Part shown: positions 1 to 13,058 of the stretch, piece after piece | Position numbering within the stretch: position 1 is the stretch's first letter | How the letters are laid out: every line of letters starts with the position of its first letter | Source of the DNA: Eledone cirrhosa | Taxonomy: Eukaryota | Reading direction: 5' to 3' | Length of the DNA stretch: 64,000 nucleotides | Assembly (NCBI GenBank): GCA_964016885.1 | Contig: OZ024740.1 | Span: 121,582,001 to 121,646,000, forward strand | The notes under the pieces: generated by a model | Told to the model about the DNA's origin: nothing | The model's database searches: none | The model's input: the letters and a program-made list of their open reading frames with translations, nothing else | Position numbers and translations under genes: made by a program

Positions 1-1130
1 TTAGTCCATGTTGGTTCTGGCCCCTTTCCTTCTTCTTCTTCCTCCAACATCAGCAGTATTTGGTTGACAGTCAGGTTCCTGCTGCTGAGCCAGGGGGCAC
101 CTGTTGGGTGAGAGTCTGTCACATGACGTTCTAGTCTCCATTTCACCGTTATTCGAACTGTTTATGTTCGATATTTAAACACTCTTATCGAGGATTGGCG
201 AATGTATGGTTACATAACCATCTGTGGATTCGCCGTTCCACTTGGCCCTTGTGTGGCATTATCACCCCGCTGTATACGAACACACATAAACAAACAAACA
301 CACAAGCAGAAAGGGCCCCAAAAATGAATAAGCATCAGTTTCATTGTAATGTAGTGTTCGAATGTCTGACTTAGTTTTTGTTTTTTTAGTTTTAGTTTTT
401 CCCCCCCTCTTCTCTGTCCGTCCGCCTGCTTCTCTCTTCATTCTTATTTTCTTTACGTTTTTTTTGTTTTTTTTTGTTTTTGTTTTTGTTTTTGTTTTTC
501 TCTGTTTGTTTTTCTCGTTTTTTGCTGTTGTTGCTGTGCTGCTTTGGTTTTGTTGTTTGTTTTTTCTTTTTCCTTTTGAGTCTATCTATATATTTTGATG
601 CCTTCCTCTTTTTTAGTAGTAGGAATTCTATAATGTGGTGGCAGCAGCCAGCTGGGAAAAGTGGGTGACCGGCGGCGGTAGCGATACTGAGACAGTGGTG
701 GTGGTGATGTCGATACCGAGGCAGCGGTGGTGTTGATGTGATCGTATTACTGTAGTGATGGTGTTGTAGCGGTGGTAGCAGTGAAGGAGTGAAGGAGTGG
801 TGGCGGCGGTGATGGGATAGTGGTGGTAATGATGGCAGTAGTGAGCGGTGGTGGTGAAATTGCCGTTATCTGGCTGTTGTGTTTAGTGTACACAGGTGAT
901 GAGGTGGGTGGTGTATCTAGTTTCTGGTGTTGGTGAGTTTGGCTGTTCTATATAGTGTAGACAGAGGATAGGAGGGGGGGGGGTTCTTCTTCCATTTATA
1001 GCCATTTTCTTTTTTGGATATACAGTGTACAATACAAAGTTGAATATTTGAATATTTGAGCCTTATAACAATATATTTTGGGTCCGAATTTTTTGGGGCT
1101 CAAGCCGGGTACTTTACGTAGCATTTGTAC
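1..1130 (-). mobile_element. Probable 5'UTR/ORF1 remnant of an L1/Tx1-like element, running off the window start
   Basis: Minus strand has aaagaaaATGGCT near 1006, like the aaaaaaATGGCT starts of Tx1 copies 2 and 3. It is followed by A/C-rich low-complexity sequence (ACC/AAC runs) like the other ORF1s. No diagnostic domain is visible. Confidence 0.35.
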
Positions 1131-1245
1131 TAAGAGTTGCTATTTCACAAATGATTTAAATATGTTAAAAATTCAAAACTTACGGGAGCGATTTCATGAC
1201 CCCCGCCACCTCGTGCGTCTTCTTCCCTTTATTATTATTATTGTT

Positions 1246-1343
1246 GTTATTCCTTGAATCTCAGTCATTGATGTTGGTTAACTGGAAAGTCCGTTGGATT
1301 GAATATCAAGCCATTACCTGCAGCCTCAGATATTCAGGACGTA

Positions 1344-1344
<1 letters not shown>
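1246..1344 (-). mobile_element. ~100-bp 3'-end-only copy of R4/Dong family A, between (TAA)n tracts
   Basis: Near-identical to 1388-1484 (tctcagtcattgatgtt...cagcctcagatattcaggacgtat) and flanked on both sides by (tta)n. Confidence 0.75.
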
Positions 1345-1387
<43 letters not shown>

Positions 1388-1389
<2 letters not shown>

Positions 1390-2336
1390 GTTCTTTGAGT
1401 CTCAGTCATTGATGTTATTTAACTGGAAAGTTTGTTGAAATGAATATCAAGTCGCTACCTGCAGCCTCAGATATTCAGGACGTATCTGGAGGTTCTTGCT
1501 GTTTCCAGCAAGCATGACTGTTGAAGTGTTCCAAAATGCGGGCTAGACTAATCTTCTTTAACCATCCTTGGAAACTCTTTGAGATAGTAGGCCTATGACA
1601 ATCGGGCCGACCTTGATTTCCTGGCACTTCCAAATCCTTTTTAACTCACACTTTAAGTCCTGGTATCGGTTAATTTTCTCACTCTCCTTTTCTTGCTCTA
1701 TCGTGTCAAATGGGCAGGCTACGTCTACAATCAGGGGCGATCTTGTTTCTTTGTCCAAAACCACCAAGTAAGGTCTATTGTGTCCTAATGTCTTGTCCGT
1801 CTGTATCCTAAAATCCCATAGCACCTTCCCCTGATTGTTTTCTATCAACGACTCTGGCTTATGCTCATACCACTTCTCAGAATGTGCTAAATTGTTTACT
1901 TTGCATAGATACCAGTGGATCCTATCACATCATGTCGCCAGCCTTTATAGTGAGTCTGGGCTAGGTGTTTACACTCGGATACAAAGTGAGCCCCAGTCTC
2001 CTCTCTCTTCACAGATCCTACACAGTGAGCTAGCCCCCTCCTTGTAAATATCGTGTTTCACCCACTTCGTTCTGAGGGCCTGCTCTTGAGCAGCCATTAG
2101 CTTTCCTTCAGTAGCTTTTTTAAGGTCTCCTCTTTTTAACCAGTTCCGTGTCTCTGGATCTCTAAGTTCAGTTTTCTTAAAGAAGGGATTGTTCATGAAG
2201 GTAGCTCCTCCTCCTTGTTTTTATTTCCTCCTTGGACATCCCTTGGTCTATTGTCTTCTACTTCAGTACAATTTTGAGCATTGGCTCCCTACTGCCAGTC
2301 ACGTATTTGTGCAGGTTGTTTTTCTCCATCTGAACT
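1388..2336 (-). mobile_element. 5'-truncated R4/Dong-clade RLE non-LTR retrotransposon (family A), C-terminal zinc knuckle + restriction-like endonuclease
   Basis: ORFs 1969-2196 (AAQEQALRT..CRIC) and 1558-1848 (VLWDFRIQTD..HNRPYLVV..IVDVACP..EKINRYQDL) match the R4/Dong RLE motif order. (tta)n lies at both junctions. Confidence 0.85.
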
Positions 2337-2570
2337 CATTATTATTATATAAATTATTTATATATATTTCTATATGCATTATATATGTGTGTATCTACGC
2401 TTGTATCTATACCTTCTTTAAAACTTACTTTAGTTCTGCGTACATGCATGTTACTAACGAGATGAGAACGTTTCTTTGTTTGAGTCCTAACAATTCCAAG
2501 AATTTGTGTTTATATATGTCAGCATATATGAAACTACTGTCATGCATATAATATGCGTTCAGTGAATTTT

Positions 2571-2744
2571 CAGTATCGGTAAAGGGTCGGACATGCTTTC
2601 CCGCATAGTTACGTCTCTTTACGGTCTGAGTTCAAATCCCGCCGAGGTTAACTTTGCCTATCATCATTAGGGGGTCGATAAAATAAAGTACCTGTAATGT
2701 ACTGGTTAATTGATGGCCTTGTGCCAAAAGTAGAAACAATTATT
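2571..2744 (+). mobile_element. tRNA-derived SINE (family 1)
   Basis: B-box-like GAGTTCAAATCCC, conserved core gccgaggttaactttgcc..ggggtcgataaaataaagtacc and tail gaaacaattatt. Seven copies in the window. Confidence 0.8.
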
Positions 2745-3927
2745 TTACTACACGAGTGTGGGATTACATTTTATGTAAATATATATATATATATGGGTGG
2801 GATATTTGTGCATTTCTTTTTATTACCAACATAACGAAGCATTATTTTTTGTAATTTCCAAATATATAATTATATTGTCTTTTCTTTGATTCCATAAAAA
2901 ATCTAGATTTTGCAAAGAGACATAATGCGCCATTTATGGCCACAGAAGTTTATTGTATTCTGCGGTTTATTCTTTAAGTATTTTTGATTATTTCTCTTTT
3001 TAAAAATATTCCTCCTGAAAGCTTGTTTCCATGCGACTTGTCAATTCTTCACATTTATGTATGCACGCAAGAATTAATTCGAACGAACATGTATCCACTG
3101 TGTACTCGAAAGAAATAATATTTGCCTATATATGTAATGTAAGATATTGTTCTATTTCAATTGTCAGATATAAAGTTCATTTGTCTTCTCTAGACTTATG
3201 TTGCTCATAATTGGTTGTATATATTATTTTCAATCGTTATGTAGATATGCCTATTGTAATAGATCATTAAACATTGCTTGAATATCTAGCTTTTTTAATC
3301 TATTTTACGCATATTTAATCTATTTCACGACGGTTACGTAATCTATTGAATCCTTGCGCAAGTGTTTTCTTTTGTTCCTTTATCATCCTTTGTTATTTGG
3401 GAATTTGCATAGCTTCATCTATAATTATTGTTTTCATGCTAGCTTGAGTGTAATTGAATGTAATTTTATCATTGCGCCAGTGATTGAAAACTGTATGGGA
3501 TTGTTACGAATCCGAAATATGTAAATGTAATAAAACACGGAAATATTTGCATATTCGATTAAAATTGAACCTGATTAATGATAAGAAAATATTAGGTTCC
3601 TTACTGAAAATGTTGTATCACACACAAGTTAATATAGTTGCCTTTATCTATTGGTAGAAAACTACAGATATATAATCGAGTGAAACGTATTGCCTGTAAG
3701 AATGTTTTTCACGAATATCATCACCATGTGATTAAAAAGAGTTAATTAGGAAATTGAAACCATATTTCGGGTTCAGTTTAATGACAAAAAGACGTTGTGT
3801 ACGCGTAGAATAAGAGGAAAAAAAAGTTATAATATAATATTGTCTTCAAAATGTTCATAGAATATATTTGAAAAACAAATTGTTCACACCAATATTTGAA
3901 TGGCACATCTTAAATGTAAAAATTATT

Positions 3928-4132
3928 TGGATTGACGGTATCTGTAGAGCATCGGACGCCATGCAGCATAGAGTTACGGCCGTTTATGAACTGAGTTCAA
4001 ATCGCGCCGAGATTAAATTTGCCTTTCATCTTAATGGGGTCGATAAAATAATGTACCAGTCACGAACTGGGGTCGATTTAATCGACATTACCCTCCTCCC
4101 AAATTGCTGGCCTTGTGCCTATATAAGAAACC
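3928..4132 (+). mobile_element. SINE family 1 (longer variant)
   Basis: Same core. ATTATTTGGAT occurs at both ends (3922, 4133) as a candidate TSD. Confidence 0.75.
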
Positions 4133-4499
4133 ATTATTTGGATAACGGTGTGAATCATGTGTGTGTGTATCAGTTTCATTTCCATCTCATTGTTCATGGT
4201 CAATAGAGAATGTAACATATATAACAATAATATTTTGTCTGGTGCATTGTATAATTATTGATTTCTTATAATCATGCAACCCGTAACGTTTATAAGGATG
4301 GGCTAAAGGTGTTTATCTCAAACTAAAAATTACCCTTATTTTGACAATCCCAGGAAGTTGATGAATTATAAAGTACGTCACAGCTAGTATTAAGCTGAGA
4401 ATGAAAATAATAAAAAGAAGAAATGGAACCTAGGACTATAAGGTTAGTTCATGTATCCATTTAACCCACCCCTTTCTTATGGTGCAACATTAATGGGCG

Positions 4500-4856
4500 C
4501 GTATGCCTCTAGATTGTGAGATTCTTCTTCGAGTCTGACAATGAATAATCAGTCGTTCGATCAGCTGAACGTCTGACTCGCAATCTAAATGTTAGTGGTT
4601 ATATATACTACAGAGCCATGATTCTGAACCAGAATCAGCGTTTCACACTACGTAACGAGCTTAGTTCTTTACTTTAAAGATATACTCCATCTGATCGTCT
4701 TTCGCACAGTTTGTTTTATACTCTGTATCACTTCTATAGTTTTGATCTACTCGAGGCTACGGTAAAGCAATTAGCCCAAGTTTCTACGCATTGCCATTGA
4801 ACCTGTGACCTGATGATTGCTTAATAAATCTTTTAAATGATCAGTCATGCTTGCGT
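4500..4856 (-). mobile_element. Degraded tRNA-derived SINE (another family)
   Basis: gcccaag...ttgaacc...tgatgattgc reads as the reverse complement of a tRNA-like SINE head. Heavily diverged. Confidence 0.4.
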
Positions 4857-5545
4857 TCATGTAGATAGACATATGTACAATGCACATCTTTCCTCGAAGT
4901 CTCACAGAAATCCCTGCTGCAATATATACTCATAGTGTGTGATATCATATTCTTGTTGCTATTTTGCTATTTTGAACCTGTGTAATATTTTCTTTTAACT
5001 CTAGACGCAAGTATTTAGAATAAATGCAACACAACACGACCATCGATCTAATGATTTCGCCTAATCCTCGAAAGAATGAAAGCCAAATTTGAATTCTCAG
5101 AGGATTTTAACAGAATGCAAAATGCCGCCCATTGCTAAAGGGATTGTGCAATTTGAAAACGTATTAATTTTATATATAGTAAAAAGCATGTGGTTGCATG
5201 AATAGTTAAAAGGAATTATATGCATAACATTGAAAGCCTCATATTTTGTTTTAATGATTGGTTAGATTGCAAACTCCTTAAGCCTGATTGTTCTGATTCA
5301 GATTTTGATTAATAAATATATGCCTAAATGCCACTTGAGCTATCTCTCGCTGATAGTAGACGTGTGTTACTTCAGCTGCAGCCTTTTGGGATTTGTATTA
5401 CGTTTTTGACTGTGAGTTTGTTTTTCATTTGCTTTATTTGTGTGACCTAACCTCCCGCCTGGCCTTGCAGACGAGTGGTTATATTATTTTTACCCCTTTT
5501 TGTGGGTAAAAACTACTTTGAAAATTTGTATACTAATTTACAATA

Positions 5546-6706
5546 ATGGACACCATGCATGAAAACAAAACTGCCACGCCCCCCAGGGAAAGTGATAAAG
5601 AGGAACAAGTAACTCAACCTACTGAAGCTTCCTTTCTCTCGCTTTTGCATGCGAGTATGGAAGTGGATTTGGTGAACAATTCTAAAAACTTGGGTAATAA
5701 CACCAAATTGAAAGAATGTATAAATTACACTGACACCAACAACACCAACACAAATAACAAAGAAAATAACAAAAACACACACAAAAGCCAAAACAGCAGC
5801 AACAATGACAAAGAAAACAACATAAATATGAACTCAAAACCCGAAAAAATGGGTGAAAACCCCAAAAACTGTACCGCAAACGACAACAACCAAACCGCAA
5901 ACACCCGGGAAAACAAGAACAACAGCAACGAAACACAAAAAAAAAACCCACTACACGAATATCCTTTGCCCAGGTCGTTAAGGAGACCGAAACTTTCACC
6001 CCAGTTGACATCAATACTGCAGCGGCATTGCTAAAAGAGGGGAGAAAACAGGTGAGCTTTGGGGAAAACGGTGAATTCACCATAATCTCCCCTAAGGATA
6101 TTAAAAGAGACACGGTCCTAAGGACAATTAATTTTAGAACTATATCAAACTCCAACAATATACAAAACAAAACCCCAAAATATACCCTTCCTCTCCAACA
6201 TGGAAGATGATCCCTTAACGTCAGAAGACGAGGGGGAATCTATCCAAAAAATTAAACGAAAAAAAAAGAAAACACACCGCACCCACACAAAGGAAAATAA
6301 CCCCTCCCCAAAACAAATGTAAAAAAAATACAGAACAAAAACCAACAACAATTACACAGACACAGCTATACACATACTTCAACACAAAAAATATAAAACT
6401 TGTAAACAAAATTGAACAAAACCCTTCGGTGCAAACCGTAGGGCCAACTTTCACGAGGGCCAGAGAGAACCCCTCGTTAAAAATGATTAAAACTCCGATA
6501 GACATTTATATAGAACTAAAAGACAATTTTCCTGAGGACGTGAGCCACTCCTGTGTAAAACCAATAAATTGACGAATTGAGTCGTCTTGACACCCCCCCC
6601 CCCCCCACCCAATACCCCCCCCCCCATCAGCCCCACCTCACCCAACAACACCTCCACCACTCCCGTGGAAATTGTGCGGCCTGGTCCCCGGGACGCAGAG
6701 CGGTAG
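5546..6706 (+). pseudogene. Tx1 ORF1 (gag-like), frameshifted, central region deleted
   Basis: Asn/Thr-rich N-terminus. The motif FGENGEFTIISP..RDTVLRTINFRTISN is shared with copy 2. The zinc-knuckle region present in copies 2 and 3 is missing. Confidence 0.65.
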
Positions 6707-6734
6707 GTGCCTCCTTATTCTCTTTACCACCAGC

Positions 6735-9725
6735 ATGGCTGTATTGAGAGTGGCTTGTCTAAATGCACGTGGCCTGGCCTCATATTGGAAGCAAGCAAAA
6801 CTTCTAAATGACCTCAGGTCACGCTGTATAAATGTGATGGTTATTTGCGAGGCCCGGATCAGCAGCGTGCGCCAGCTAGACCCCACCTTTCACGACTTTG
6901 AGATGCACGCATCTCTCTGTCAGCTCGGAGGTGGGAGTGGGGTTGTCGTACTGCTGCAAAGACATCTGGGTCTCGCTACACAGACGGTACACCTGGACCC
7001 GGAGGGTCGACTGGGGGTTTTAGAGGTTGGCAGTGGTGAAGGCGGAGCCTTTATGCTGGTCGCCGCCTACGCCCATTTTGGGTCTGCGCGGCCGGACTTC
7101 TTCCAACGTCTGGAGACTTTTCTAGGGACGTCCCGCTCCTTGCTTTTAGTGGGGGACTAGAATGGTATCCTAGATGCACGTTAGGACTATGTAGGGGCAT
7201 GTCCTGATAGAGGGGTTGTAACAGCCTCAAGGGGTTAATCGGCCGATTCGACGTGGCCGATAGATATCGACTAGATTTTCCGACTGTGCCAATCTGGACT
7301 TGGACAAAACATAGCGGTCAATCTAGATCGTACCTAGATAGGTTCTTAGTTAGAAATAAGGATAGGGACTTTACAAGTTATCCAGAAATGCCTATGGTTG
7401 GCTATTCAGACCACAAGTTAGTGACCTCCATGGTCAACCTTGATAGAACGCATAGACAGGGACATGGTTACTGGAAGCTCAACTTGTCCTTACCGGCAAG
7501 TAAAGCTTACAGGGACCGGATTAGTACTTTAGTTAAGGAGCGGTTGACGGGCGCCATAGTCAACAGCAGGTGGTGGGGCTCTCTCAAAAGAGAGATTAGA
7601 GTAGCTTCAATAGGAGTTGGTAAGGAGTTAGCCTCAGATAGAAATAGGAAGGAAAGGGAGTTGGTAGATAGTGTAGAAGAGGCAATTAGAAGCGGCGACG
7701 TAGCCAGAGTGCTAGCGTTGAGAACGGCCTTGGGCCAGTTCTTCGAGGCGAAACACGAAGGCTGAGTTGTCCGAAGCAAAATACGTGCTCTGGGAAACGA
7801 GGGGACCAAAGCTGTTAGCTGGGCCCGTGTGAGAGAAGCCAAAAGTGCGATTACATCCACTATCCGGTCTTTGCGAGACCAGGATGGACGGGTGATCCTT
7901 GAACCAAAACAGATGTGCGAGGCCTTTCAAAGGCACTTTGCCCGATTGTTCGGAAGGGGCGAGGGGCCGGATGGGGATTTGGACCTCGGTCCATACCTCG
8001 ACGGCCTGACGCGTCTTTCCGACGAGGAGGCGAAGTCCTGCGAGAGGCCGATCTCAACTGCTGAAATAGGGGATGTGCTGAGCCCATGCGGCAGACGCAA
8101 ATCTCCGGGCCTCGATGGTCTTCCATACGAACTGTATTTAAGTATGCCGGACTTGTTCTTCGATCTCCTCGAGGCGGTCTACTGCAACTGGCAACAGAAC
8201 GGGAGAATTCCCTGTTCTGTGACCAAGGGCGTAGTCTGGCTAGTGAGGAAGGACGAGAACAAGGGGGATGAAATAAGTAATGTTAGGCCTATAATTCTGC
8301 TAAATGCAGAGCTAAAGATTTTGTCCAAGGTGTTAACAAAGAGGTTGGCGCTTGTCGTGGGCAACCTGGTGGGAGATGCACAGACATGCGCCATCCCGTC
8401 CAGGTCAATTCACGACAAGCTCCACCTCTTGCGATACATCATAGAGAGGGTTTGGGAACGAACCCGGCTTTGGTGAGGCCCTTGATCAACTTGGATCAAT
8501 CTAAGGCGTTCCATAGGGTCGACCATCGTTACCTGGATGCGGTGCTAGTGGCGGCAGGTTTCGGACCCGTTTTCAGGGGCTGGATCACTGCCATGCACAG
8601 CAGCCGCATCTGCTCTAGGGTTAGGTTGAACGGCTACCTTTCGGAGCCGTTCGAAATCACGCGGTCCATCCGACAGGGATGCCCTCTCTCCTCCCTTCTC
8701 TATGTATTGACCCTAGAGCCACTACTGCTGCAGTTGGAGTTGTTACAGGGCATCCCTTTGGAACCGGGATTGCGGAAAGCGGTGGCGGCCTCCGCCGATG
8801 ACGTGACAGTAATTGTGTCAACCGCCTCGGAAATCGGGGTGATCGGCACCTTACCAGGGGAATACGAAAAGTTTACGGGGCTAAGCTGAACCGGGACAGG
8901 TCAGTCAGTTTGTAACTCGGCGAGTGGAGGGGAAAACTGATGGCCTTCAACGGGTCGTCGGACGTTGGACGGAGGGCCCGGTGAAGTTGCTCGGGGTCTG
9001 GTTCGGGCCAGACATCCAGGTGGAGAAGAACTGGGCTGAGGTATCGAACAGGCGGACATTGCTATCGGTGGAGACTCCACCCCGTCATTCTATAGAGGGC
9101 CAGTGGTTAGTAGGTGCGACGACGCTCTCGGACAAGCCCTAGGCATGGAAGAAGACGAACTGGCCAGCCTATTCGGGAGGACATTTGGCACGGGACCTAT
9201 GGACAACTTCGAGAGGTCCCTGGCCTGGCAGTGCTACCTAGGGGGGCTGCCCGTTCGAGAAAATTCTACAGAAACAGGCGCCCGTGTAGGGACCCCTCGA
9301 AAAAGATCTGTACCAGATGCGTGCGCGACGAGGAAACCGTTGCGCACGCATTGGTACACTACTCGGGTGTTGCCGATCTGTGGGGCTATGTCGAACGACT
9401 GTTGTCATGGGTGGGACCAATCCGGTTGACCACCGAGTCCATTGTAACGATCAAGCTGCTTCCCCCCTTCAAAAATGAAGGAGAGTCGGTCTTCCTCTGT
9501 GTAATAGCCATGGTGAAAGTGGTGGTATGGTGGACACGTTTGAAAGGTCTGATGTCAGATACCCCTCTCTCCGGCCAACAACTGTTCCTTTTCTTTAAAT
9601 ACCATTTTAAGAGAAGGATCAATATGGAGAGAGAGGTGCTCCCACCCAGCAAGTTTTATGAAAGGTGGATGAAAGTAGCGAGAATGGCCCGTGTGAATGG
9701 GTCTTCTATCTTTATCAGCCTGTAG
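6735..9725 (+). pseudogene. Tx1 ORF2: AP endonuclease + reverse transcriptase + C-terminal Cys motif
   Basis: Motifs CLNARGL, VGD*N, YLDRFLV, SDHKLV, YWKLN, KSPGLDGLP, RPIILLN, LDQSKAFHRV, RQGCPLS, SADD and CTRC..ETVAHAL. Multiple stops and frameshifts; about 450 bp deleted near 9050. Confidence 0.9.
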
Positions 9726-9984
9726 GTGGAAAAGTGGAAGTTCAAAGCAGCACCCCCTCTCTGTGCTCCTAAGGAAAAGGGTTGCACACTTTTTCGGGGG
9801 CGTGTGTAACCCACAAAACGCCTCTTTCCTATTGAGGACTGTTAATTTTATATTTGTTATTTGTTTTTTTACTAGTTTCTTTATGTAAACCCCCCCTTGT
9901 ATTTGTCCCTTCTTTTGTGCCCTCGTGGCAAATAAATATAAACTTATCTATCTATATATCTATCCCTTTTCTCGCTTCATAAAG

Positions 9985-10400
9985 CGGGAGTATTTTAATG
10001 GTTTCTTCACATATAAGAACAGCTAGAATCTGAAGAGTTTAAGTCTGGGGTGTAAGGAGGCTATCGAATGAGCGCAAAATCCTTTATTGCCAAGAATCAC
10101 ATGGATAAGCTGTGATGAATGAACCAGGGCGTTCTCAAAATACTGCCCTCAGTTTTGCGAGGCTCATAGTTTCGGCCAAATACATCGAATGAGTAATGAA
10201 TATGTGGGATGACTTCCTGAGAGTAGTCCCTTGTTTTTACTTTGTGTGTGTATTCACGAGGCCCAACCTTTCGCTAGTCGAAGTAAACAGTCCGCAACAT
10301 ATGCTGTTCTTTGTCATGAGGACGATTGGTTCTTCCACTGTTATGACTGATCAGAGATTTCCGAGTTATTTGTAGGAGAAACATGCATCCGGGAAAAATA
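9985..10400 (-). mobile_element. Tc1/mariner transposase relic
   Basis: Reverse complement of about 10020-10062 reads PPYTPDLNSSD, similar to the PYSPDLxPxD motif. The rest is degraded. Confidence 0.4.
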
Positions 10401-10679
10401 AAATCGGATACCTTTCTGACACATCTCACATATATAATTTTCTGTGTGCAAGATTATTCGTGTTGTTATCTGCGAATATATATATACGTAATATCAGCTA
10501 ATCTTTTTATCTTGCTGAAATCCATAAATATATGTTGGATTTATATTTGCGTATTCTAACATAAATGTATACGCATTCAAATCGATATATACGTAAACGT
10601 GTAGCGCACAAACAAAAATACTTTCATATAAAAAACGCAAATACATGCTTAAAATACAGCAACGCTCCCTCAAACACTC

Positions 10680-10967
10680 TTTCTCTAACTCCCTCTCTCT
10701 ATCTATCCATCAGTCAATATCTCCGTTCTATTAATTTAGGTAATATTATATCAATCTGTCACTACATGTACCTCTCTATCAATTACCCCCCCCCCCCCTC
10801 TCTCTATCTATCTATCTATCTCTCTCTCTCTCTTTCTCCCTCTCTCTCTATTTCTCTCTCTCTCTCTATCTATCTATATATCTATCTATCTATATATCTA
10901 AAGAAAGATATCTATCTATATATATATTTATTTATCTATCTATATATTTATCTATCTATCTATATCT
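10680..10967. repeat. Compound (TC)n/(TATC)n microsatellite preceding Tx1 copy 2
   Basis: Directly visible tatctatc/tctc runs. Confidence 0.9.
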
Positions 10968-11173
10968 GGGATAGACACACGCGTGAAACTTGCTGGGTAA
11001 GTTCTGCCTAAATTTCTATAGAAATTCCTAACTGTAAACCTTCATTTTTATACCAATTTGTAGAGGGACTGCCAGGTCAAATTTTGATCTGGTCAGTCTC
11101 TCAAAATATTCTACACCTTTAGGCGAAATAGTACATGAAAAGTTTTTTCGGGAAAAGTTAACATTTTAAAAAA

Positions 11174-13018
11174 ATGGCTGAAGCTTCTTCAACATTCGAA
11201 GGAGGAAAGGGGAAGATATGCTTACAACTTCCCCTGCCACTGTCATAGTAGCAGATGTCAAAGACAAAGGTCAGCCAGAGGAAGGATTTTCTCCACCTGC
11301 TGACTGACAACTTGACGTTGCTATGGAAACAAACCAAAACAACACAACCAGCGGCAACAACAATAACAAAAATGCTATGAACGAACACACAACTTCACAA
11401 ATGAATTCCGCAACAATGACAACAACAACAACAGTAACAATGATGACAACAACACCAACAGCAGCAACAATAATGACAACAACACCAACAAGAACAACTC
11501 CACAAACAAGGAAAAAAGGTTTCGTTTGCACAAACTGTCCAAAAGTCAGAACTATATACACAGATTGACATCTCTAATGTCGGAGAATTGCTAGGGGATG
11601 CCAAGCAATATATAACTTTTGGGGAGGATGGCGCTTTTAGCATCACTTCTCCCCACTAATTGCGTAGAGACACTGTCCTGAAAACCATAGTTTTTAGGAC
11701 AATCTCAAATACCACCAGAAAACCAGCTCAATTAACTCAAAACGAAATTGATTGGTTCTAAGAAACTCCATGAATGACATTACCTCCATACAGAAGGGAA
11801 AACTCTTCGGGAGTTTATCAATAATAATGAAGACCAATTGACAGCACAGAAATATTCTGTGTCGCCAATTGTGTGTCCCCCCCCACTCTACACCGTTTTC
11901 CCCACATATATGGGAAAAAAGACCTAAAAAATTAAAGTAACAAATATCACACAAAATGTAAACATCTGGTGGATATTAGCTGGTTTCATCAATTTTCATG
12001 AAGATACAGTCATTTCGGTAGGAAAGTCCTCCAGGGGCATATTCAACGGTACAAGCTTAGAAGTTCTGGTCCAAATGAGACCAGGACGGATAGCTAGAAT
12101 ACCACAACGTGTGCCTCTGGATGGAAATTCCTACATAAACATTTCTGTTGAGGGTAGGCGGCCTTCATGTTACCACTGTTTAAGCAGTGGTCACCTGAGG
12201 GCTTCCTGTCTCAATTAACTGCATTAAAAAAAATGCACTATTGTCGACACCCAACACAACAACACAACCACCACCACCACAGCAACAACACACAAAAACA
12301 AACCAATCTGCAAACACAGTCCCACCCACCCCTCCCCACCTAAAACAACCCCAGAAACACTCACACACATAACAACTCCCAAAAATGTACCCCTCCCCAA
12401 CAACACGGATGAGGCCTCGTCATCGTCACCCAGTAACGATGAGGGAGAGCCTTTCTGACCAGTAAAAAGAAAAAAAGAAAAGACATAACACAAACAAAAA
12501 TGCAACAAACGCACAAACACCAATACAAGCGACGCAAACAGCACGAACAAAAACACCCCCTCCTGAAAACAAAACACCTACTAGAAAAACGTAAACACAC
12601 ACAAGAACCACTGAAAAAAAGCAACACAACACAACAAAAATGTTACATCTACATAAATACTAACAATAAAACTTTACCAGACACAATATATAAAAACCCT
12701 TCGGTGGAGACCGAAGGGAAAACTTTTACACACTCGTCGGAGAATCCTAATCTTAAAATGATAGGATCTCCATGGACACACATAAAGAGTTAAAAGGAAC
12801 ATTTCCTAACGACGTAGGTAACCTCTGCGTCAAACCCTATAACCGCGTCCTTTTAAATGTTTCCCCACCCCAACCCCATACACCCACACCCCACCTGGCA
12901 CACCACCCCACCAAACACCTCTGTACCCACACCGCCAGTGACAAACGCCCAACCAGACAACCCCTCCAACATCCCCATGGAAATTGTGCAGCCTGGTCCC
13001 CAAGAGACGAAGAGGTGA
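11174..13018 (+). pseudogene. Tx1 ORF1 with CCHC zinc knuckle
   Basis: aaaaATGGCT start. 12168-12210 encodes CYHCLSSGHLRASC. Homologous to the copy 3 ORF1 (VNIWWIL, EVLVQMRP). Contains stops. Confidence 0.8.
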
Positions 13019-13058
13019 GTGATTTCTTTTCCTCTTCTTTTAACTTTTCAGCACCAAC

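Larger units (their letters stand above)
5355..9945 (+). mobile_element. L1/Tx1-clade non-LTR retrotransposon copy 1 (decayed, two internal deletions)
   Basis: Contains an ORF1 remnant, an APE-RT-zinc finger ORF2 and an AATAAA-containing 3' end running into tatctatct. Confidence 0.9.

Noticed and set aside
10968-11102. Spliced-leader RNA gene (GGTAAG donor plus Sm-like AATTTTG)
   Set aside because: It lies inside the Tx1 5'UTR, the Sm-like site is at a hairpin apex rather than between hairpins, and there is no independent evidence.
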